Assembly: GCA_017934955.1 (NCBI GenBank) | Contig: JAGBIO010000011.1 | Span: 116,377-148,376 of the forward strand | DNA: 32,000 nucleotides | Source: Clostridia bacterium | Lineage (GTDB): Bacteria > Bacillota > Clostridia > TANB77 > RGIG9151 | Reading direction: 5' to 3' | Part shown: positions 9,514-16,156 of the stretch, piece after piece | Layout of the letters: every line of letters starts with the position of its first letter | Numbering within the stretch: position 1 is the stretch's first letter | The notes under the pieces: model-generated | Database searches by the model: none | What the model was told of the DNA's origin: nothing | Seen by the model: the letters and a program-made list of their open reading frames with translations, nothing else | Translations under genes and position numbers: made by a program

Positions 9514-10284
9514 TTTAAGCATCACCTTCATAGAAGTAAGTTCAATGATTTGGAAAAAGCAATTGCGGTGGAAGAAGAAAAACTCAAAAATTTATATGGG
9601 ATAGAAAAAGAATTACAAAATATTGTATTGGTGATTAATGCCGGTAAGGAAAGTATTTCACGCGTTGAAAATGAAAAGAAGATTAGAACAGAGGAAATAA
9701 TTTCAGAATTACAATTATTGGAAGATACTTTTAAGCGTAAAAATGCCGAATTGCAGAAAGAATTTGACGATAAGAGTAAACAGCTAAAGATTGAGCGAGA
9801 AAGAGAAAATGAATAATATACTTATAAATTAAAAAGGGAACGCGAAATTGAAAATGACAAATGGGAAGATGAAAAGCTTAATAGAGAGGCCAAGCTGTCG
9901 AAGCTTGAAACAGAAGCCCAAAAGCTCTTAGAAGAAGCTACTAATAAGACAGAATACATTAAAGAGCTTGAAGAAAAAGTGAATAGTATTCCGAAAGCAC
10001 TACAGGAAGAATATGAGCGTGCAAAGAAAGAAGTTTCTAAAGACTTAAATAAGGAATTTGAGTATAAAACTGCTTTAGCCGAAAAAGATTATGCCAATAC
10101 TACCGATAGGCTTAATGATAAAATTGAGGCACTTACTAAAAAACTTGAAAAATCAAATCAGTTAAACGTAACTTTGCAGGAAAAACTTGATAAAGCGTAT
10201 ATAGAAATTAAGGAACTTGCTACAAAGACCGTCGAGACTGCCGGAACGGTTAAGTTTATTAAAACTTCAACCGACAATGAATAA
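9514..10284 (+). pseudogene. 5'-truncated coiled-coil protein gene with a single in-frame TAA (9814-9816)
   Basis: ORFs 9550-9816 and 9979-10284 share one frame (429 nt apart). The 54 codons between them are open, so one TAA breaks a 257-codon frame. The frame opens at 9514 with no credible start or RBS. Confidence 0.55.
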
Positions 10285-10512
10285 TTGACAAAGTCTTATT
10301 TAGTTGAAGGAATTGTTCAAGAACTAATTCAATATTTAAGGGAAGAAGCGATGGATATAGTTTATAAATCTAAAATTTTGAAAAACTGAATGATTATGAA
10401 ACTCATTGAGTATGTAGAAAAGTTTGTGTAAACTTCACAAATCCTTTCTATGAAAAGAATTCAAAAAATTTAATTGACTAAAAAATTTACAATTTCATTA
10501 TACAATTCTTAA

Positions 10513-10549
10513 ACCTTGGAAAATTTTATTTTTTCCGAGGTGTTTTTTT
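10513..10549 (+). terminator. rho-independent terminator upstream of cotJ
   Basis: ACCTTGGA (10513-10520) / TCCGAGGT (10534-10541), one G-U pair, then G plus T7. Confidence 0.5.
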
Positions 10550-10603
10550 ACAGTCTCTTTTCTTTTAACAAAATGTCGAAAGAGCACATATTATAGAATG
10601 TGA

Positions 10604-10798
10604 TTGTATTATCACGAAGAAAGGGGACTTATTCAATTGAACGGAAATGAAAGTTTAGATAATTTACCGCTTGCTATGGCGTATGTGCCGATGCAAAGAT
10701 GGAGAAATATTTATGACGCCGATGTCGGAATCGACAGAGGAACCATGTTTCAAGAGTTAGATCTTCCGTTTTTAGGAGATAGAGGTGATGCGCAATGA
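10604..10798 (+). CDS. cotJA: Spore coat-associated protein CotJA
   Basis: LAMAYVPMQRW...GTMFQELDLPF is a CotJA-type signature. Stop overlaps the cotJB ATG (ATGA). Start uncertain: TTG 10604, or TTG 10637 after AAAGGGGA. Confidence 0.7.
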   Translation: MYYHEERGLIQLNGNESLDNLPLAMAYVPMQRWRNIYDADVGIDRGTMFQELDLPFLGDRGDAQ

Positions 10799-11055
10799 TG
10801 GGAGAAAAAGAGTTGCTTTTTAAGAAATTACAAGCGGCTTCTTTTGCGCTTGATGACATAAAACTTTTCCTTGATTCGCATCCGAACGATAGAGGAGCAT
10901 TAGAGTGCTTCTGCAAGTATCAAAAAATTTATATGGAATTACGAGATGAGTATGAATCAAAATGCGGCGCATTGATGGCAAACCGTGTGGATACTAACAA
11001 GGGATGGACTTGGATTGAAAATCCGTGGCCTTGGGAATTGGAGGCGAATCGTTAA
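10795..11055 (+). CDS. cotJB: Spore coat protein CotJB
   Basis: 86 aa. LQAASFALDDIKLFLDSHPND...KYQKIY is typical of CotJB. Sits between cotJA and cotJC with overlapping stop/start codons. Confidence 0.85.
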   Translation: MMGEKELLFKKLQAASFALDDIKLFLDSHPNDRGALECFCKYQKIYMELRDEYESKCGALMANRVDTNKGWTWIENPWPWELEANR

Positions 11056-11660
11056 TGTGGCAATATGATAAAAAATTACAATACCCGGTAAAGATTGAAC
11101 GTCCGAATCCGGCGACAGCGAAGATTATCATGGCGCAACTCGGTGGTCCTGATGGTGAGTTAGCGGCGTCTATGCGTTATTTGTCGCAGAGATATGCGAT
11201 GCCTCATAAAGAAGTAAAAGGAATGCTGACGGATATAGGTACGGAAGAGCTTGCACATTTGGAAATGATTAGTGCCATCCTTCACCAATTAACAAGAAAT
11301 ATGACTCCGGAAGAAATAAAAAAAGCTGGATTTTCAGACTACTTTGTAAATCATACCGCTGGAATTTGGCCGAGTAATTCTTCCGGTGAACCGTTTACCT
11401 CTGCCTATTTTCAATCCAAAGGCGACCCAATTACCGATTTAACGGAGGATATGGCTGCAGAACAAAAAGCAAGAACGACATACGATAATATTTTAAGACT
11501 TGTCGACGATCCTGATATTCGTGAACCGATTAAGTTTTTACGTGAAAGAGAAATTGTGCATTTCCAACGGTTTGGCGAGAGCTTGAGAACTGTGCAGGAT
11601 CATTTGGATTCAAAGAATTTTTATGCGTTTAACCCTGCGTTTGATAAGAAACAAAAATAG
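11055..11660 (+). CDS. cotJC: Spore coat protein CotJC (manganese catalase family)
   Basis: MWQYDKKLQYPVKIERPNP, GGPDGELAASMRYLSQRY, EELAHLEMI. ATG 11055 overlaps the cotJB TAA (TAATG) and follows GGAGG. The ORF-track GTG at 11025 lies inside cotJB. Confidence 0.9.
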   Translation: MWQYDKKLQYPVKIERPNPATAKIIMAQLGGPDGELAASMRYLSQRYAMPHKEVKGMLTDIGTEELAHLEMISAILHQLTRNMTPEEIKKAGFSDYFVNHTAGIWPSNSSGEPFTSAYFQSKGDPITDLTEDMAAEQKARTTYDNILRLVDDPDIREPIKFLREREIVHFQRFGESLRTVQDHLDSKNFYAFNPAFDKKQK

Positions 11661-11661
11661 A

Positions 11662-11695
11662 AGAAACCTTGGAGCATTTTCCAAGGTTTCTTTTC
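11662..11695. terminator. bidirectional terminator between cotJC and the convergent secreted-protein gene
   Basis: AGAAACCTTGG (11662-11672) / CCAAGGTTTCT (11681-11691), perfect 11-bp stem, T-run after it. Confidence 0.8.
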
Positions 11696-12409
11696 CTACT
11701 TAATACAGATTGAACAAGGGCTATAGCCTGCCGCTTTCGCTTTTGATGCTGATGCAAAATATGTTTTATTAGCACTCTTGATTTTCTTTGCAGAAGAACA
11801 AGTTGCTAAGTGGTATTTTGAACCGGATTTGCTGGCGACATAGTTTCCTGAAGAGGATGAAGCGGAATTTTCCGTATTGTTCTTTGAATCATTGGTACTG
11901 CTTTCCGTTTCATATCTGATATTGATTTTAGAATCGTCATCCCAACTCCATAGCCAGTCGAGAGAGAAGGAGTAGTCCTCTTCATTTTCTTCGGGTTCCT
12001 CCTCTTTTTCTTCTATTTCTTCGTCCTCCTCATCCTCTATACCGTACCAATCCATTAACCACTCAAGATAGGAGGAATAAGTTTTTTCTCCGTCTTTCGT
12101 CTCCTCCTTTGTATCTTCTTTTTCGGAATCTTCCGTCTCTTCATAGTCTTCCGAGGAAGATTCACTGTAGATTTCAACTTGACGTTTTCTTTCATTCCAA
12201 GCGATATCCACATCTAAAAGCTCACTGATTTCCGTCAGCGAAATATAAGTTTTTCCGTTAATTGCAATAACCGGATTTTGGGGTTCCCATTTTTTCCCGT
12301 TCACCACGATAGAATAAGAAGCGGTAGCCACGTTATAAGTTTCGGCAATCGCCGGAGTGAAATTAAATAGAATTAAGATGGGCAGAAATAGTTTGAAAAA
12401 TTTTTTCAT
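11696..12409 (-). CDS. Secreted protein: signal peptide, copper-amine-oxidase-N/stalk-like domain, acidic low-complexity region, C-terminal Cys motif
   Basis: MKKFFKLFLPILILFNFTPAIA signal peptide 7 nt after AGGAGG (the ORF-track start at 12427 is 6 codons too early). E/D-rich middle. C-terminus KYHLATCSSAKKI...FASASKAKAAGYSPCSIC resembles Ada-type Zn-binding / sunset-like motifs. Confidence 0.7.
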   Translation of the reverse strand: MKKFFKLFLPILILFNFTPAIAETYNVATASYSIVVNGKKWEPQNPVIAINGKTYISLTEISELLDVDIAWNERKRQVEIYSESSSEDYEETEDSEKEDTKEETKDGEKTYSSYLEWLMDWYGIEDEEDEEIEEKEEEPEENEEDYSFSLDWLWSWDDDSKINIRYETESSTNDSKNNTENSASSSSGNYVASKSGSKYHLATCSSAKKIKSANKTYFASASKAKAAGYSPCSICIK

Positions 12410-12442
12410 AGTACACCTCCTTTCCAATTTTTGGATGATTTT

Positions 12443-12471
12443 AGTATATTACAGTTTTTTACAAATTACAA
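12443..12471 (-). promoter_or_regulatory. promoter of the secreted-protein gene
   Basis: Minus strand: TTGTAA, 17-nt spacer, TATACT. Confidence 0.5.
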
Positions 12472-12555
12472 GAATAAAATGTAAGAAAAGTATAAAAATG
12501 TAAAATTATTTTCTATAGAATAAAAAAGTGATAAAATAATTATTTTATAAATGTA

Positions 12556-12793
12556 GTGGAACTTTTGAAAAAAGTGGACAGCATAAATGCTGTTCGTACG
12601 AAATAAGATGAATACTAAAAAACTTAAGAGGAGCAAAAGTTTTGAAAAAAAGTGGACAGCATAAATGCTGTCCGTACGAAATAAGATGAATACTAAAAAA
12701 CTTAAGAGGAGTGGAAATTTAGAAAAATGGACAGCATAAATGCTGTCCGTACGAAATAAGATGAATAGCAAAAAACTTAAGAGGAGCGAGAAT
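12556..12793 (+). repeat. Tandem array (partial + 78 + 75 + ~65 bp units), each unit a REP hairpin GGACAGCATAAATGCTGTCC plus a copy of the DUF368 leader/5' codons
   Basis: Hairpins start at 12576, 12654 and 12729. Inter-hairpin sequence CGTACGAAATAAGATGAATACTAAAAAACTTAAGAGGAG is conserved between units. Confidence 0.9.
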
Positions 12794-13606
12794 ATGAAAG
12801 AGAAAAAATGGAGCGTGTTTTTAAAAGGGCTGATTGTTGGCGGGACGATGACGGTGCCGGGAGTAAGCGGGGGTTCCATGGCGATGATTTTGGGAATCTA
12901 TGAGCGATTAATTTCTTCAATCAGTTCCTTTCGGAAACAGAAAAAAGAAAGTATCTTGTTTTTGAGTATATTTTTGGCAGGAAGTTTTTTAGGAATGTTT
13001 TTATTTGCGAATTGGCTATTGCGATTAATGGAACGCTATCCGATACCGGTTAAATATTTCTTTGTAGGCGCGGTTGCGGGAGGAATTCCGATGATATTTC
13101 GTGCTGCGAAAGTAAAAAAGTTAACAGGGAAAGCAATCCTCTATTTAATTCTTGGGATTGCTGTCGTATGGCTTATTTCTTTGCTTCCGAACGGACTGTT
13201 TTCGGCACAAAACAATACCGGTCTATACGGAAGTTTATTACAAATTATCGGAGGTTTTATTGTTGCAATCGCCTTGGTACTTCCGGGAATCAGCGTTTCT
13301 CAAATGCTTTTGATGCTTGGATTATATGAGGAAGTAATCAGTGCGATTGGAAGTTTAAATGTTTTAGGAATTCTTCCGTTGGGATTTGGGATAATCATCG
13401 GAATTTTTCTTACGACAAAGGTATTGGAAGGGACAATGCAACGCTATCCACAGGCGACTTACTTGATTGTTTTGGGATTTATCTTAGGGTCGATTCCGGA
13501 ACTGTTTCCCGGCTTTTCGGCAAGTTTAGAACAAGTAATCGCGATTGTAACCGCAATTTCCGGATTTTTTGCGGTATATAGTATTTCACGAAAAGAGAAC
13601 GAATAA
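12794..13606 (+). CDS. DUF368 family polytopic membrane protein (family recently linked to undecaprenyl-phosphate recycling)
   Basis: ATG 12794 follows GAGGAG by 5 nt. N-terminal TMTVPGVSGGSMAMILGIYERLI and a second PGISVSQMLLMLG repeat, with multiple TM segments. Confidence 0.85.
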   Translation: MKEKKWSVFLKGLIVGGTMTVPGVSGGSMAMILGIYERLISSISSFRKQKKESILFLSIFLAGSFLGMFLFANWLLRLMERYPIPVKYFFVGAVAGGIPMIFRAAKVKKLTGKAILYLILGIAVVWLISLLPNGLFSAQNNTGLYGSLLQIIGGFIVAIALVLPGISVSQMLLMLGLYEEVISAIGSLNVLGILPLGFGIIIGIFLTTKVLEGTMQRYPQATYLIVLGFILGSIPELFPGFSASLEQVIAIVTAISGFFAVYSISRKENE

Positions 13607-13739
13607 AGAAAAGAGGAAAAAAAGACTTTCTTGCTGTCAATAACAAAGAAAAATTTCATCCTTAAAATATAAAAAGTTAACAAACGAAAATGACATCCCT
13701 ATTATTATCTGAGAGCTAATTCTCAAGCCAGTAATAAGT

Positions 13740-13980
13740 CTATCCTGCAGAGTATTCCAATTTCTTTTCAAGTTCAGCAGAAGGAGCTTTAATAGGTTTA
13801 CGCCCCTTGTTTTTATGAATAGTACCATCAACACTATTTAATAAAACACTCCTTTTGAGTCGTTGAATTTAGTGTTTTAAGAAATCTAACAGCTTGAGGA
13901 AAAGTGTACTTACCATTAATAACGCCATCAATAATACTAAATTTTCTTACTTCTTTTTCACTCATAAAATATCTTTCCAT
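13740..13980 (-). pseudogene. N-terminal remnant of an ISNCY (IS1202-group) transposase, frameshifted and truncated
   Basis: Minus strand reads MERYFMSEKEVRKFSIIDGVINGKYTFPQAVRFLK..., then in another frame QRLKRSVLLNSVDGTIHKNKGRKPIKAPSAELEKKLEY. This matches the HTH N-terminus (..STRQ..RLK....IHKNRGRKP) of ISNCY transposases. No catalytic domain follows. Confidence 0.55.
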
Positions 13981-13984
13981 AATA

Positions 13985-14156
13985 GTTACTACCATAAAAA
14001 CACCCGTCTATTCAGACTTAAATTTATAGAGAAGGCGTAAACACTGTAGGGACAGCATTTATGCTGTCCACAGAAAATGCGGAATGCAGGACAGCATAAA
14101 TGCTGTCCCTACAAGGCTTTGGCGAAAATAATAAGTTGTTAAGTCAGAATAGTAAC
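13985..14156 (+). mobile_element. MITE-like element copy a with REP doublet core (14045-14113)
   Basis: Ends GTTACT...ATTCAGACTT / AAGTCAGAATAGTAAC, with a 19-nt insertion in the left TIR. Flanks CCATAATA / CTATAATA (7/8). Confidence 0.75.
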
Positions 14157-14226
14157 CTATAATAAATTTATTTTAGCATTAAAGGTTGATATTGTTACTG
14201 AGTAATAAGATTTTTTGAAAGTGGAA

Positions 14227-14256
14227 TTGACATAAATAATATACTTGGTGTATAAT
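14227..14256 (+). promoter_or_regulatory. promoter of the HD-domain gene
   Basis: TTGACA (14227-14232), 18-nt spacer, TATAAT (14251-14256). Leaves a ~170-nt leader containing the hairpin 14286-14324. Confidence 0.6.
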
Positions 14257-14431
14257 GGTGGTGGTTGGTAAATAAGGATAGAGTAGGGCAATTGCTGAAC
14301 TCGGAGGTGGAAAAGGCAATGCCCGAATGCCAAAACAGACGGTATTAGAAGCAGGAAGGAATGAAAATTAAAAAAATTCATAAACTTTCTGCCGGAACTC
14401 AACGACTACGCGTAATGCGGGAGGGACTGCA

Positions 14432-15748
14432 ATGAACGCTATCCTCATGAACATCGTTTACTTTATCCTGGCGGAAGCCTTTTACCGCTTGAAACTTTCG
14501 GAGTCCTGGCGTGGCCTTCAAAAGTCTCAAGAAGGTTTCTCCAAGGAAGACAAAGAAGCGTTGAATGCGCTTGTCGCGATGGTACTTGTGCCGATTTTCC
14601 AGAGCGAATACGGACTCATCTGCAGCATTGAAAATATGGCAAAGTATGTCCTGTACCGTATTTTCAAGAAGGCATTCCTTTGGGATTCTAAGCCGCAGAA
14701 TAAGCGGTTCCTGGAGCAGAAAATCGACTTCGACGCGGAAGCGAAAAAGTACGTGAAGGAATGTATTCGTAAGATGCTGAATGAGTATCGCGAAGAGGAA
14801 AACTACAAAGCCGCATGTGCTCTCGCGACAGATGTCCTTTCGCAGACCGACGCGAAGTATCGTGCGTCCTTTAGCTATTCGGTTTTGGCGTCTTCTCCTG
14901 CGACAGAAGAGGATATCGAGCGATTGGCTGATTGGATTTGTGGCGATCTTGCGAACTGCGATCCGAACGTAGAATACATCTACGAGGCAGCGAAGGACTT
15001 GACAACTGTCATCGAGTACGAAGAAGTTCGTGATAATCTTCGTGCGGATGCGGTAGATGAGATCAAGAAGAGCGTCTACAGCAAGTTGGACAAGTTCCAT
15101 GATCATCCCATTATTTACGAGATTGCACTCGGAACCGGTAAATACGGGAAATTGAACCAGCTCCTTCACACGATTTCGTGGGCTCGCTATACCTTTAGGT
15201 GGCAAGGATACAAGATGACCATTCGCTGCTCTATCCTGACACACATGCTGGAAACTGGTCTTCTTGGCTATGTAGCTGCCTATGAAGGACTGCAGAAAGC
15301 AACGAATGAACAGGAGTATGCGGAGAGGAAAGCAATGATGGAAAAAGCTTTTAAAGTGGGGCTTTTCCACGATGTTGCTGAGATCTGGACCGACGATATT
15401 CCTTCGCCGGCGAAGGATGGAATGGGAATTCGTCCCTTGGCAGAGGAACAGGAACTTCACGCGATTGAAGAAAAATTCTACCCCAATTTGCCTGAGTATG
15501 TGGTAGAGTTTTTCCGGAATGGCGTAATGCTGGAGGATACGAAGGATCTGCGTGAAAAGAGCTTCTACAAGGCGGCGGATTATTTCTCCGCAGACCTGGA
15601 GGTCTGGTGGAATATCCGTGCCGGCGCTCGAGATAAGCGTCTCCTTCGTATCTTGCAGAAGTCTCTGAAGTGCGAGCGGACGCCCGGTCAGTTGACCAGC
15701 ATCCAGTATTTCCTGCTGGAGATGAAAGGCGTCAAGTTCTACCTGTAA
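14432..15748 (+). CDS. 438-aa protein: unknown ~230-aa N-terminal domain + YfbR-like HD-domain 5'-deoxynucleotidase fold
   Basis: GGGAGGGA RBS. The C-terminal half aligns by eye with E. coli YfbR: RWQGYKMTIRCSILTH vs RWPLMRNVRTENVSEH; GLFHDVAEIWTDDIPSPAKD vs MYHDASEVLTGDLPTPVKY; KSFYKAADYFSA vs KSLVKQADALCA. Confidence 0.8.
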   Translation: MNAILMNIVYFILAEAFYRLKLSESWRGLQKSQEGFSKEDKEALNALVAMVLVPIFQSEYGLICSIENMAKYVLYRIFKKAFLWDSKPQNKRFLEQKIDFDAEAKKYVKECIRKMLNEYREEENYKAACALATDVLSQTDAKYRASFSYSVLASSPATEEDIERLADWICGDLANCDPNVEYIYEAAKDLTTVIEYEEVRDNLRADAVDEIKKSVYSKLDKFHDHPIIYEIALGTGKYGKLNQLLHTISWARYTFRWQGYKMTIRCSILTHMLETGLLGYVAAYEGLQKATNEQEYAERKAMMEKAFKVGLFHDVAEIWTDDIPSPAKDGMGIRPLAEEQELHAIEEKFYPNLPEYVVEFFRNGVMLEDTKDLREKSFYKAADYFSADLEVWWNIRAGARDKRLLRILQKSLKCERTPGQLTSIQYFLLEMKGVKFYL

Positions 15749-15757
15749 CTTCTTTTA

Positions 15758-15800
15758 CCCCGCGAAGATTAAACAGCCCTTCGCGGGGCTTTTCTTTTTG
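15758..15800 (+). terminator. rho-independent terminator of the HD-domain gene
   Basis: CCCCGCGAAG (15758-15767) / CTTCGCGGGG (15779-15788), then CTTTTCTTTTT. Confidence 0.85.
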
Positions 15801-15803
15801 GGG

Positions 15804-15956
15804 GTTACTATTTAGACTTAAAATTGTAAAAATGGCACAAACACTGTAGGGACAGCATTTATGCTGTCCACAGAAAAGGCAGAAAGCAGGACAGCATGAA
15901 TGCTGTCCGTACAATGATTGCATCAATATTATAGGAAATATAGTCTGAACAGTAAC
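15804..15956 (+). mobile_element. MITE-like element copy b with REP doublet core (15845-15913)
   Basis: GTTACTATTTAGACTTAAA ... TATAGTCTGAACAGTAAC. Core TGTAGGGACAGCATTTATGCTGTCC-ACAGAAAAGGCAGAAAGCA-GGACAGCATGAATGCTGTCCGTACA. Confidence 0.8.
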
Positions 15957-15985
15957 TTTTTTGGAAAATTTGTTGAAAAAAGCAC

Positions 15986-16014
15986 TTGACGACGATGAAA
16001 AAAAAGGCTATACT
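15986..16014 (+). promoter_or_regulatory. promoter of tRNA-Met
   Basis: TTGACG, 17-nt spacer, TATACT, ending 15 nt before the tRNA 5' end. Confidence 0.65.
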
Positions 16015-16029
16015 ATTCAAGTAACTTAT

Positions 16030-16106
16030 GGCGGCGTAGCTCAGTTGGCTAGAGCATACGGTTCATACCCGTAGTGTCGTTGGTTCGATCCCGACCGCCG
16101 CTACCA
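16030..16106 (+). tRNA. tRNA-Met (anticodon CAT), elongator type, CCA encoded
   Basis: Cloverleaf readable: acceptor GGCGGCG/CGCCGCT, D arm GCTC-AGTTGGCTA-GAGC, anticodon arm TACGG-TTCATAC-CCGTA, T arm GTTGG-TTCGATC-CCGAC. From memory, close to the B. subtilis elongator tRNA-Met. Confidence 0.93.
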
Positions 16107-16110
16107 AGTA

Positions 16111-16137
16111 AAGCACGCAGGAATGCGTGCTTTTTTC
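16111..16137 (+). terminator. terminator after tRNA-Met
   Basis: AGCACGCA-GGAA-TGCGTGCT followed by TTTTT. Confidence 0.85.
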
Positions 16138-16156
16138 AATTTATTAATCGGAGCAG

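Noticed and set aside
8289-9816. Two in-frame TAA codons, considered as evidence for stop-codon reassignment or programmed read-through
   Set aside because: TAA clearly terminates well-conserved genes in the same window at canonical lengths (tuf, fusA, hup, cotJB, DUF368). One of the two interrupted genes also lacks its 5' end, so pseudogenisation or sequencing error is more likely.
11025-11054. GTG start at 11025 for cotJC given by the ORF track
   Set aside because: That stretch lies inside cotJB. ATG 11055 has a GGAGG at ideal spacing, overlaps the cotJB stop (TAATG), and gives the conserved MWxYxKKLQYPV N-terminus.
12576-12793. Palindromic repeats at regular ~76-bp spacing, considered as a mini CRISPR array
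   Set aside because: Only three copies are present, the sequence between the palindromes is conserved rather than unique, no cas genes are in the window, and the same palindrome is dispersed through the region as a REP.
12466-12879. 137-aa minus-strand ORF with an internally repeated LLLSFLVFILFRTDSIYAVHF sequence
   Set aside because: The repeats are the translation of the REP-plus-leader tandem units. It overlaps the DUF368 start and has no RBS.
14399-15460. 353-aa ORF antisense to the HD-domain gene
   Set aside because: It is exactly codon-aligned with the sense gene, so it simply reflects the absence of TTA/CTA/TCA sense codons. The translation is low-information (R/F/L/C-rich), with no RBS and no recognisable motif, whereas the sense strand carries clear YfbR/HD motifs.
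13985-15956. MITE copies a and b acting as a composite transposon that carries the HD-domain gene
   Set aside because: Each copy has its own pair of near-identical 8-bp flanking repeats, indicating independent insertions. No shared outer duplication is visible. The link to foreign DNA is better explained as an insertion hotspot.
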